A DNA stretch of 64,000 nucleotides. Source: Longimicrobiales bacterium (lineage in GTDB: Bacteria; Gemmatimonadota; Gemmatimonadetes; Longimicrobiales; Gaopeijiaceae). Below, in pieces: positions 30,046 to 38,389 of the stretch. Below the pieces are notes generated by a model. The model ran no database searches. It was not told where the DNA came from and saw nothing but the letters and a program-made list of their open reading frames with translations. Numbering within the stretch: position 1 is the stretch's first letter; every line of letters begins with the position of its first letter. The stretch covers positions 672,001 through 736,000 of the forward strand of contig CBDCNQ010000002.1 of assembly GCA_965219445.1 (NCBI GenBank), read 5' to 3'. Position numbers and translations under genes: made by a program.

Positions 30046-31233
30046 ATGAAAGGGAAGCCCGTTTTCGCGATCACTCTGCTCGCATTCGTACTGGCGCTCG
30101 CCGTGGGCCAGATCCTCCTCCAGGAGAGAGTCGAGGCGGTGCAGCAGTACATGGTCGAAGCGCCCCTGTTCGAGGTCGATCCCTTCTGGCCCAAACCGCT
30201 TCCGAACCACTGGGTCCTGGGCAACGTGATTGGTGTGGGCATCGATTCGCGTGACCACGTCTTCATCGTCCACCGCCGGGACGCGCTGAATCCGGGGAAC
30301 GAGGGAAACGTGGGGCCGGATCAGCCGGACGCCATGTGTTGTGAAGCGGCTCCCAACGTGCTGGAGTTCGATGTGGAGGGGAATCTGGTGAATCACTTCG
30401 GTGGGCCGGGCGGCCAGTACACCTGGCCGGCATCGAATCACGGTCTTCAGGTGGACCCCATGGACAACATCTGGATCGGCGGGAACGGCCAGGGCGATTC
30501 CCACATTCTCAAGTTCACGCGGGACGGCCGTTTCCTGATGCAGGTGGGGGACCCCGGACAGGGAGTTGACTCCAACAGCAGGTCGCACTTCTCTCGGGTG
30601 ACGAAGGTCTCCTTCGACCAGAACGGCGACGAGGCCTTCGTCGGGGACGGATACGGAAACAAGCGAGTCGTCGTCCTGGACGCCGACACCGGCGAATTCC
30701 TGCGTTACTGGGGTGCCTATGGCAATAGGCCGGACGACGCGGATCTGGGCTCCTTCGATCCGGATGCGCGGCCGGCCCAGCAGTTCCGTGGACCGGTCCA
30801 CTGCGCGGAGCCCTCCCATGACGGCCTCGTCTACGTCTGCGACCGGACGAGCAATCGTCTCCAGGTCTTCCAACAGGACGGAACCTTCGTCGAGGAGGTC
30901 TTCATCGAGCCCAGGACGCTAGGCGCCGGCTCCACCTGGGAGATTGCCTTCTCGCGAGACGACGACCAGCGCTTCATGTACGTGGCCGACGGCCAGAACC
31001 GGAAGGTCCACGTGATGGACCGGGAGAGCCTCGAAGTGCTGTACACCTTCGGTGATGGTGGCCGCCAGCCAGGACAGTTTTACGGCGTGCATAGCATCGA
31101 GACGGACTCGCAAGGCAACCTATACACCACCGAGACCTGGGAAGGGAAGCGCCTCCAAAAGTTCGTCTACCGAGGGATGGGCAGGGTCGAAAGAGGGTCG
31201 GATCAGGGCGTGCCCTGGCCCACGGACCAGTGA
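30046..31233 (+). CDS. Exported NHL-repeat protein
   Basis: GGAGG RBS; FEVDPFWPKPLPNHW, DGYGNKRV, VYVCDR..RLQVF, GQFYGVHSI..DSQGNLYTTE. Confidence 0.88.
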   Translation: MKGKPVFAITLLAFVLALAVGQILLQERVEAVQQYMVEAPLFEVDPFWPKPLPNHWVLGNVIGVGIDSRDHVFIVHRRDALNPGNEGNVGPDQPDAMCCEAAPNVLEFDVEGNLVNHFGGPGGQYTWPASNHGLQVDPMDNIWIGGNGQGDSHILKFTRDGRFLMQVGDPGQGVDSNSRSHFSRVTKVSFDQNGDEAFVGDGYGNKRVVVLDADTGEFLRYWGAYGNRPDDADLGSFDPDARPAQQFRGPVHCAEPSHDGLVYVCDRTSNRLQVFQQDGTFVEEVFIEPRTLGAGSTWEIAFSRDDDQRFMYVADGQNRKVHVMDRESLEVLYTFGDGGRQPGQFYGVHSIETDSQGNLYTTETWEGKRLQKFVYRGMGRVERGSDQGVPWPTDQ

Positions 31234-31258
31234 CGGAAATCGGTTGACGGAAATCGGT
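31231..31258. repeat. 2 x 14-bp tandem repeat TGACGGAAATCGGT including the NHL stop codon
   Basis: 31231-31244 and 31245-31258. Confidence 0.85.
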
Positions 31259-31411
31259 TTGACCGGAACAGGCCTCAGCGGCTCCAAGGCGAACCGCATG
31301 CGGCGCTCGACCTCCGTCATGCCGGGCCATGGCGTTGCCCCTTGGGGGTGGGCCACGCCTTCGTAGCAGTCTCGACACGAGCCAGGGATCGAGCCTTGAA
31401 GGGAGGACCGC

Positions 31412-31610
31412 CACGTCTGTGTCATCGACGGCGTGTTCTGCGAGGATCCCCCGGGCTCCGTCCAGTTCTACGAGGCCACCCATCTCACCGCCTTCGACTG
31501 GGACCAGCTCCAGCACACCGTGGGCCACCGCGTGCTCCGTTACTTCCACCGCCACGGTCTGCTCGAACGCTACGTCACCGAGGACATGCGCACCTGGCAG
31601 GCCTCCGGCT
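31412..31610 (+). pseudogene. IS91/ISCR-type (HUH) transposase fragment
   Basis: HVCVIDGVF..V..RVLRYFHRHGLL..EDMRTWQASG resembles the segment after the HUH motif; no start and no ends. Confidence 0.65.
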
Positions 31611-31711
31611 CATCCGAGAGCGGACCGGTAGGCGCAAGCAGATGCCCAGAATCGTGTTCTAAGCGTCTTCGGGGTTTATGCGGTGTTCTGGGCTAGGGTG
31701 GAGCGTCCTCG

Positions 31712-31870
31712 TGGCCGGAGTCGTGGAGTGGAAGGATGTTGGGGTGCTGGAGGTTTGCAGTGGTCTTGATCTCGGCCAGGAAGCGTTCGGCTCCCACGAC
31801 TGCTGCGAGTTCCGGCTTCAGGACCTTCAGCGCGACCTTGGGCTCGTGCTTCAGTTCGTCGGCCAAGTAG
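31712..31870 (-). pseudogene. Ser/Thr kinase N-lobe fragment
   Basis: YLADELKHEPKVALKVLKPELAAVVGAERFLAEIKTTANLQHPNILPLHDSG; paralogous to ~24705-24860. Confidence 0.88.
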
Positions 31871-32067
31871 CAAGGAGACCCGGGAGGGGGAGGGGTCCCC
31901 CGGGGCGTGGTCCGCTGGTCCGGGAATCTCCGGGCCTGGCCAATGGTTGTGCGAGAACGGACGCCTTATGTTGAGCGGCGCGGGCACAACCTGTCGGAGC
32001 TCGGATCGCATCCGGCGGGTCTGCTCAGCGTGCAACGAGTCAACAGAATCACAGCGGAGGACGAATC

Positions 32068-33581
32068 ATGGTAACGCGATTTTGGCTGTCGCTGAGCCTC
32101 ACCGCGCTGATGGCAGGATCAGCCGCAGCGAGGATGTACGCAGCGTCTTGCAGACCGCCGCGACCGCCATGGGCGCGGCCAACATGGAGTCCATCCGCTA
32201 CTCCGGCACCGGCTGGCAAGGCATGGTCGGGCAGAATGTCGCGCCGGATCAGGATTGGCCGCGAGTGGACCTGACGAGTTATACGCGGACGATCGATTTT
32301 GAGACGATGTCCTCAAGAGAGGAATACGTCCGGGTACAAGGCAACAATGCGCGCCGAGGTGGCGGCCGCGGGTTCCCGTTCCTGACCGAACAGCGGGTCA
32401 TCAATCTCGTCAGCGGCAACTACGCTTGGACCTTGAACGCGCAGGGACAACCCGCTCCGCAGCCGGCCGCCGCTGAGCTGCGGCGGCTCGAAATCTTCCT
32501 TACGCCCTGGGGGTTCCTCAAGGGCGCCATGGCGCCGGGCGCCAACCCGACCATGGTCACTCGCAATGAGTATGGAGGCAGGGTGACCGTGGTCTCGTTT
32601 GTCGCCTTCGGGAAGTACCGGGTGAACGGAACGATCAATCCTCAGAATCTGGTCCAGCGAGTGCAAACCTGGATTCCCAATCCCGTCGCTGGCGACCTGT
32701 ACTATGAAAACGTATACACCAATTACCAGGATATGGGAGGTGTGAAGATTCCCCGGTTTCATCAGCATCAGGATTATGACGATGGCGGGAACGCGCCGAA
32801 TGTCAGCGGCGGCGACCATTCGTTTGGTCTGGAAACCGTCTCAGACGTCCGGTTGAATGTGGCGAACGCCGCACTCACGGTCCCGAACGAAGTACGGAGC
32901 GCCCGCATTGAGCCTGTCCGCGTGCAGTCACAAGAGTTGGGCGATGGCTTGTGGTTGATCGGAGGCGGCTCCCACAACAGCGTGGCCGTCGAGTTCCGCG
33001 ACCATGTGGCTGTTATCGAGGCACCATTGAATGAAGAACGGTCACTTGCGGTGATCGGCGAAGTGAACAGACTCATTCCAAACAAGCCGATCCGGTTTAT
33101 CGTGAATACGCACCATCACTGGGACCATATGGGTGGAATCCGCGCGTATGTCCATGAGGGCGCGACCGTCATCACCCATGAAGGCAACCACCCTTACTAC
33201 CAAGAAGTCTTGCGGGCGGGGCCGTGGATCTTGGAGCCCGACCGCTTTTCTCTGTATCCCCCGGAGGAGTGGTCGGAAGGCTACATCTTCGAGACAACGC
33301 GGGAGAAATACGTCCTCGCCGATGGCACGAGAACGGTCGAACTTCACCACGTCCGGGGCCTCGCCCATGCCGTGGGCATGCTGATCGCGTATATCCCGAG
33401 CGAGAAGATCGTCGTGCAGGCTGACCTCTACAATCCGCAAGCGCAAGCCCCCAACGCCAGCAGCCGGACGTTTTACCGAAACTTGGAGCGCTTGGAACTG
33501 GATGTGACAACCATCGTGGGTATCCACGGGAATCCAGTTCCGATGGCGCAGTTCGTTGAGTTCGCGAGCAGAGGGCAGTGA
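32068..33581 (+). pseudogene. Exported MBL-fold metallohydrolase with a 1-nt deletion near 32130
   Basis: GGAGG-ATG 32068 encodes signal peptide MVTRFWLSLSLTALMAGSAAA. The mature part (DVRSVLQ..NTHHHWDHMGG) is in the -1 frame. Confidence 0.82.
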
Positions 33582-33816
33582 TACGCGGAGGCCGGGGACT
33601 GAAATCTGGCCACGTCAGGCAAGCCCGGACGCGTCCCAGCGGCGTTTCGGGGGTGTTGGCCCTACTCCACGGAAACAGTTGGGCGCTCCCTCAGATTTGG
33701 AACGTGCTCACGATGCCGACGTTCTTGAGCCCACCGACTGTTTGGGACAGCCTGATCACGGTAGCGTCCAGACGGTCGGGACTCCTCCCCAGTTCCTTGC
33801 GGATCAAGTCCTATAT

Positions 33817-33910
33817 GCTATCGCGATAGCGTTGCCAAGAGCGTTGCCAAAAGGCCCGTCACCGGCTTTCCCAGTAACGGGCCTAATCCCGTAAGTCGTT
33901 GTCCTGTAAC
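33817..33910. other. att-arm-like cluster next to the tRNA duplicate
   Basis: Palindrome GCTATCGCGATAGC (33817-33830), direct repeat AGCGTTGCCAA (33828, 33840), inverted repeat AGGCCCGT..ACGGGCCT (~33852-33884). Confidence 0.5.
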
Positions 33911-33914
33911 GAAT

Positions 33915-34062
33915 CGGAGGGGGCGGGATTGACCTGCGGTCGCCTTCGGCGATCCTCGGTCGTCTCGCGGGAGATCGCGTGGCCCGCTAGCGCGGACAGC
34001 AGTGTTGACCGCTCGGCTCGAACCCGCGTTGCGCTCTTCTTTGAAGAGCGCGCGGGTTCGAA
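33915..34062. repeat. tRNA-linked structured repeat, copy 1
   Basis: 33915-33930 equals tRNA 34082-34097; ~87-nt insert; TCGAACCCGCGT (T-arm match) resumes at 34018 and opens a long hairpin to 34061. Confidence 0.85.
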
Positions 34063-34081
34063 CGTTATGATCTTTCGATAG

Positions 34082-34165
34082 CGGAGGGGGCGGGATTCGA
34101 ACCCGCGTGGGCTTGCGCCCGCCAGTTTTCAAGACTGGTGCATTGAACCGCTCTGCCACCCCTCC
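34082..34165 (-). tRNA. tRNA-Ser (anticodon UGA), CCA not encoded
   Basis: Acceptor GGAGGGG/CCCCTCC, anticodon arm CCAGT-CTTGAAA-ACTGG, long variable arm, GGTTCGAATCC. Confidence 0.97.
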
Positions 34166-34236
34166 AGGCGTTGGGCGCACAGCGCGCCCCAGGAAAGCTC
34201 AGGCCCGGGCATGTCCCCTGTAAAGAGGGGGTCCGA

Positions 34237-35922
34237 TCAGTGTCGGAAGAGGCGCTGGCCGGTGAAGAGCATGGCTATGCCGTGCGAGTTCGCGGCTTCG
34301 ATGATCTCTACGTCGCGGATCGAACCGCCGGGTTGGACGATGGCACGGGCGCCTGCCTCGGCGGCGGCGTCCACTCCGTCTCGGAAGGGGAAGTACGCAT
34401 CGGAGGCGAGAACTGCACCGTCGAGGTTCAGGCCTGCATCTGCGGCCTTCTGCACGGCGATGCGTGATGCGTCGACCCGGCTCATCTGTCCGGCGCCGAT
34501 GCCCAGGGTGGATCCGCCCCGCGCGAAGAGTATGGCGTTGGACTTCACGCCGAACACGGCGGCCCACGCGAATCGGAGGTCGTCCCACTCCTCCTCGCTC
34601 GGTGCTCGGCTCGTGGCCACGCTCCACTCCCCAGCGTCGCCACCGTAGAAGGGAGGTGGTGGCGGGCCCTGTACGAGCACGCCGCCGTATACGCTCCGAA
34701 TGACCCTGGCCTCCGGCCTCCGTCCGTGCTCTGCTAGGAAGCGCGCCGTGCGGCGCACCTCGTCGGAGGCGTCGACCCACGAGCCGGACTCGGGCTCTCC
34801 CGGCAGCGGTTCGTCGATTCCTCCGTAGACCACGAGCCGCACGTTCTTCTTATGGGTCAGGATCTCCAGAGCGGGCTCGTCGAAACTGGGCGCCACGAGG
34901 CATTCGATGAACAGGCTCGACATCGCTTTGGCCGCAGCCTCGTCAATGCGACGGTTCACCGAAATCACACAGCCGAACGCGCTCATGCTGTCGGTAGCCA
35001 ATGCTCGCTCGTATGCGGCGTCCACCGAGTCGCCAATGGCCAACCCGCACGGGGTCGTGTGCTTCACGATGCACACGGCGGCCTTCGGCGAGTACGCGAA
35101 GGGCGAGAGCGATAACAGGGCTCCGTCGAGATCTAGTAAATTATTGTACGACAGATCTTTACCGTGAATTTGTTCAAGTCCTGCTAGACCATCTTTTCGA
35201 CCCGACCAGCGGTATAACGCCGCCTTCTGCCCGGGGTTTTCGCCGTAGCGGAGTCCCTGAACGAGCTCCAGGTCCAGGGACAGAGCCGCGGCGGGCTGGT
35301 CGGTGTCTTCGCGCTCCGACGCATCCGGAGCGTTCTGCTCTTCCAAATAGCGGGCGATGGCGCCGTCGTACTCGCTCACGTGGCCGAACACCTTCGCGGC
35401 CAGCTCGCGTCGTAGGTCGGCCTCGGACGTCCCGTTGCCGCCCCCAGCGGTGATCTCCCCCAGCACGCGGCCGTAGTCCGCGGGATCCACGACAACCCAC
35501 ACGTCCTCGTGACTCTTGGCGGCGGCCCGAATCATGGTGGGCCCTCCGATATCCACCTTGCCCATCGCTTCATCCACCCGGACGTCCCCCCCGGCCACGG
35601 TCTCCCGGAACGGATACAGGTTCACCGCCACCAGATCGATGAGAGCGTACCCGTGCTCCGAAAGGGCATCCATATCCTCGGATCGGGCACGCCGCGCCAA
35701 CAGACCGGCGTGGATGGCGGGATGGAGTGTCTTCACCCGCCCGCCCATCATCTCCGGATGCCCGGTCACCTGCGCCACGTCGGTCACCTCGACGCCCGCC
35801 TCACGGATCGCGCGAGCCGTGCCCCCGGTGGACAGGATTTCCCAACCCGCGTCCACCAACGCCTTGGCGAAGTCCTCGATGCCCGATTTGTTCGACACAC
35901 TGAGAAGCGCACGTCGCTTCAT
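34237..35922 (-). CDS. purH: AICAR transformylase/IMP cyclohydrolase
   Basis: RALLSVSNK, STGGT, GRVKTLHP, DIGGPTM, LRYGENP, GAGQMSRV, QPGGSIRD, RLFRH. Confidence 0.98.
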   Translation of the reverse strand: MKRRALLSVSNKSGIEDFAKALVDAGWEILSTGGTARAIREAGVEVTDVAQVTGHPEMMGGRVKTLHPAIHAGLLARRARSEDMDALSEHGYALIDLVAVNLYPFRETVAGGDVRVDEAMGKVDIGGPTMIRAAAKSHEDVWVVVDPADYGRVLGEITAGGGNGTSEADLRRELAAKVFGHVSEYDGAIARYLEEQNAPDASEREDTDQPAAALSLDLELVQGLRYGENPGQKAALYRWSGRKDGLAGLEQIHGKDLSYNNLLDLDGALLSLSPFAYSPKAAVCIVKHTTPCGLAIGDSVDAAYERALATDSMSAFGCVISVNRRIDEAAAKAMSSLFIECLVAPSFDEPALEILTHKKNVRLVVYGGIDEPLPGEPESGSWVDASDEVRRTARFLAEHGRRPEARVIRSVYGGVLVQGPPPPPFYGGDAGEWSVATSRAPSEEEWDDLRFAWAAVFGVKSNAILFARGGSTLGIGAGQMSRVDASRIAVQKAADAGLNLDGAVLASDAYFPFRDGVDAAAEAGARAIVQPGGSIRDVEIIEAANSHGIAMLFTGQRLFRH

Positions 35923-35959
35923 GTCTATGTCATCTCCCCTTGGTTTCGATTTCCTTCGG

Positions 35960-36622
35960 CTATGATGCGTCCTGCGTGAGCTCGCCGTCCGCCTCCGCGG
36001 GTGAGAACGGGAAGGGATCCGGCTGTCGGCCCTCTGCCCACGCCTCGCAGACGTGGTCCGCTACGGCCGGATACAACAGGTGCTCGACGCTCAGGATCCT
36101 TGCCGCCAAGGCGGTGGGGTCGTCGCCGGGAAACACCCGAACGGACCACTGCCCCACGATGGGTCCGGTGTCATATTCCTCGTCCACGTAGTGGACGGTG
36201 GCACCCGACACCTCGGCTCCCGATGCGAGTACCGCCTCGTGCACACGCTCGCCGAACATGCCCTTGCCACCAAACGCGGGCAGCAGGGCGGGATGGATAT
36301 TCAGAATGCGGCGTCGATAGGCGGCCACGACCTCGCGCGGGATGAGCCGCAGGTACCCCGCGAGAAAAATAGCCCCTACGCCCAGACTCTCGAGCAGGGC
36401 GAGCGTCTCCGTGGCGACCTCTTCCGGGGGGCGTCCTCCTACCTCAATTACCCGGGTGACTCGGCCCGCCGCCTCAGCTCGCCCCAACGCCCCGGCGCCC
36501 TCGCGGTCCGAGATGACGAGGACGATCCGATACGCTCCGTTCGGTGTTTCGTGATCTAGGAGAGCCTGGAGGTTCGTTCCGCTACCGGACGCAAAAACGG
36601 CTGCGGGGACCGGTTGCGTCAC
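35960..36622 (-). CDS. purN: Phosphoribosylglycinamide formyltransferase
   Basis: FASGSGTNLQAL, LAGYLR, NIHPALLP, GATVHYVDEEYDTGPI; GTG start overlaps the upstream stop. Confidence 0.96.
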   Translation of the reverse strand: MTQPVPAAVFASGSGTNLQALLDHETPNGAYRIVLVISDREGAGALGRAEAAGRVTRVIEVGGRPPEEVATETLALLESLGVGAIFLAGYLRLIPREVVAAYRRRILNIHPALLPAFGGKGMFGERVHEAVLASGAEVSGATVHYVDEEYDTGPIVGQWSVRVFPGDDPTALAARILSVEHLLYPAVADHVCEAWAEGRQPDPFPFSPAEADGELTQDAS

Positions 36623-37275
36623 GCCAGCTCCCCTCCGTAGTTCGGGACCAGGAAGGGATTGGTCGTGCGCTCGCACTCGACGGTGGTAGCCGGCCCGTGT
36701 CCGGTGAAGAGTCGGGTCTCGCCTGGCATGGTCAAGACATGTTGGCGAATGCTCCGGAAGAGGGCTTGATAATTCCCGCCGGGAAGATCGGTCCGTCCTA
36801 TCGAACCTGCGAAAACCAGGTCTCCGACGAGCGCCAGGGCGTCGTCCTGGGCATGCAGAATCACGTGCCCGGGCGAGTGCCCTGGCGTGTGGATGACCTT
36901 GAAGACGCACTCACCGAAGTGGAACGTCTCGCCGTCCTCGAGCTCCAGCTCCGGCGGATCCAACTGGGGACTGCTGATACTCAGGCCCAACATCGCGGCC
37001 TGCTCCGGAAGGTTGTCGAACATCGCCCGATCGGCTGGATGCAAGTACGTGGGCGCGTCGGTGTGGTCCCGAATCACACAGAGACCCTCGACGTGGTCGA
37101 GGTGGGCGTGGGTCAGCAGGACGCCCTTCACCTCACCAGCCCCCGCCTTTACCGCGGCAATCATGTCGGGCGCTGCGGCGCCCGGATCAACGATCACGCA
37201 CTGGTCGGTGGCTTCGCACCACGCGACGTATCCGTTTTGGGCGAAGTCACCGCCCGTGAAGCACCGTACGTCCAT
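36619..37275 (-). CDS. MBL-fold hydrolase (glyoxalase II-like)
   Basis: LTHAHLDHV, HTPGHSPGH, GDLVFAGSIGRTDLPGG, GHG. Confidence 0.93.
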   Translation of the reverse strand: MDVRCFTGGDFAQNGYVAWCEATDQCVIVDPGAAAPDMIAAVKAGAGEVKGVLLTHAHLDHVEGLCVIRDHTDAPTYLHPADRAMFDNLPEQAAMLGLSISSPQLDPPELELEDGETFHFGECVFKVIHTPGHSPGHVILHAQDDALALVGDLVFAGSIGRTDLPGGNYQALFRSIRQHVLTMPGETRLFTGHGPATTVECERTTNPFLVPNYGGELA

Positions 37276-37297
37276 CCCTGATCTTTCCACTTCCCTC

Positions 37298-37335
37298 AAA
37301 ATAAAAAGCTCGTGGGGATTTCACCCACGAGCTTT
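37298..37335 (-). terminator. Rho-independent terminator after erpA
   Basis: Minus strand AAAGCTCGTGGG-loop-CCCACGAGCTTT followed by TTATTTT. Confidence 0.85.
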
Positions 37336-37357
37336 CCGTAGCAGAGCTAAGTGCGGT

Positions 37358-37702
37358 TCAGGTCGTGAAGGAGCTGCCGCACCCACATCCCCCCGTCGCA
37401 TTCGGGTTTCGGAACGTGAAGCCGGCTCCCATCATACTCGTCACGTAATCGATCTCGACGCCCTCCAGGTACTGCACGCTGAACGGATCGACAAAGATCC
37501 GAACACCCGAGAGCTCGAGAATCTCGTCGTCTGCTTCGGGTTCGTCCTCGATGTTGAGTCCGTACTGGAATCCGGAACATCCGCCTGGCAGAACGGCAAC
37601 TCGGAGGCCAGCGCCCTTCACGGCCCCATGCTCTTCTATAAAACTCTCGACCTTGTCCACCGCCGCGGGCGTCAGGCTCAGGATCGTTTCGGTGCTTTCC
37701 AT
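37358..37702 (-). CDS. erpA: A-type Fe-S cluster carrier (ErpA/IscA)
   Basis: GGCSGFQY, NPNA..CGCGSSF; could equally be labelled iscA. Confidence 0.9.
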   Translation of the reverse strand: MESTETILSLTPAAVDKVESFIEEHGAVKGAGLRVAVLPGGCSGFQYGLNIEDEPEADDEILELSGVRIFVDPFSVQYLEGVEIDYVTSMMGAGFTFRNPNATGGCGCGSSFTT

Positions 37703-37753
37703 GCCACTCCTCTCCATAACTCGGACTCCAGGAGCCCTTGAAACTTCTAAAAG

Positions 37754-38350
37754 CTACGCGAGCCTTCGAGGGGGGTCAACGCCTCTTCCCCGACCGCTCA
37801 AGTGCCACTCAAGGATGAGGCGAGCGGCCCCGCCCAGATCCTCCACTACGGCCGTGTCTGCCGGCACACGATCCGCCTCATCCGCACCGTATCCGGTCCG
37901 TACGAGCACGCCGACACCGCCCAACTCGAGGGCCGGAATCACGTCGCGGGCCTGGTCTCCCACGTAGTAGGAACGCTCTAGGTCGAGCCCGAGCTCGGCC
38001 GCGGCCTTTCGGTACATTCCGGTGGCCGGCTTTCGGCACTCGCACGCGGGGCCGAAGTCGGGATGGTGGGGACAATACAGGGTCGCATCCAGGGGCGAGC
38101 CGGCCTCGGCCAGGAGGTCCTCCAGCCGCCCAGCGACCGCGTGGTACTCGTTTTCGCCGTAGAGACCCCGTGCGATGCCGGATTGGTTGGTCAGCAGAAC
38201 GAGCGCGAATCCAGCGTCCCTGAGCTCCGAGAGGGCGGAGGCGGCGCCCGACAGGAGGACCACCCGTTCGGGGTCGGTGAGGTAGACCTTTTCCTCGATC
38301 AGGGTCCCGTCGCGATCCAGGAAGACCGCCCGTCCCAGACCCTCGCTCAT
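37754..38350 (-). CDS. gmhB: HAD-IIIA heptose-1,7-bisphosphate phosphatase-like
   Basis: FLDRDGT, TNQSGIARG, CPHHP..CECRKP, VGD. Confidence 0.88.
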   Translation of the reverse strand: MSEGLGRAVFLDRDGTLIEEKVYLTDPERVVLLSGAASALSELRDAGFALVLLTNQSGIARGLYGENEYHAVAGRLEDLLAEAGSPLDATLYCPHHPDFGPACECRKPATGMYRKAAAELGLDLERSYYVGDQARDVIPALELGGVGVLVRTGYGADEADRVPADTAVVEDLGGAARLILEWHLSGRGRGVDPPRRLA

Positions 38351-38389
38351 CGGGGCTCACCACGGCGGGTCACTTTCGGACCCCCTGCC

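Noticed and set aside
31267..31278. AACAGGCCTCAG identical to the MITE flank
   Set aside because: A lone 12-mer with no further inverted repeat or element sequence; chance cannot be excluded.
33690..33816. Tyrosine integrase C-terminal remnant (GTPPQFLADQ)
   Set aside because: Faint resemblance only; the LGH and catalytic Tyr pattern is missing.
34082..34165. tRNA-Sec (selC), given the nearby selA
   Set aside because: The anticodon is UGA (reads Ser UCA), not UCA, and the acceptor stem is a normal 7 bp.
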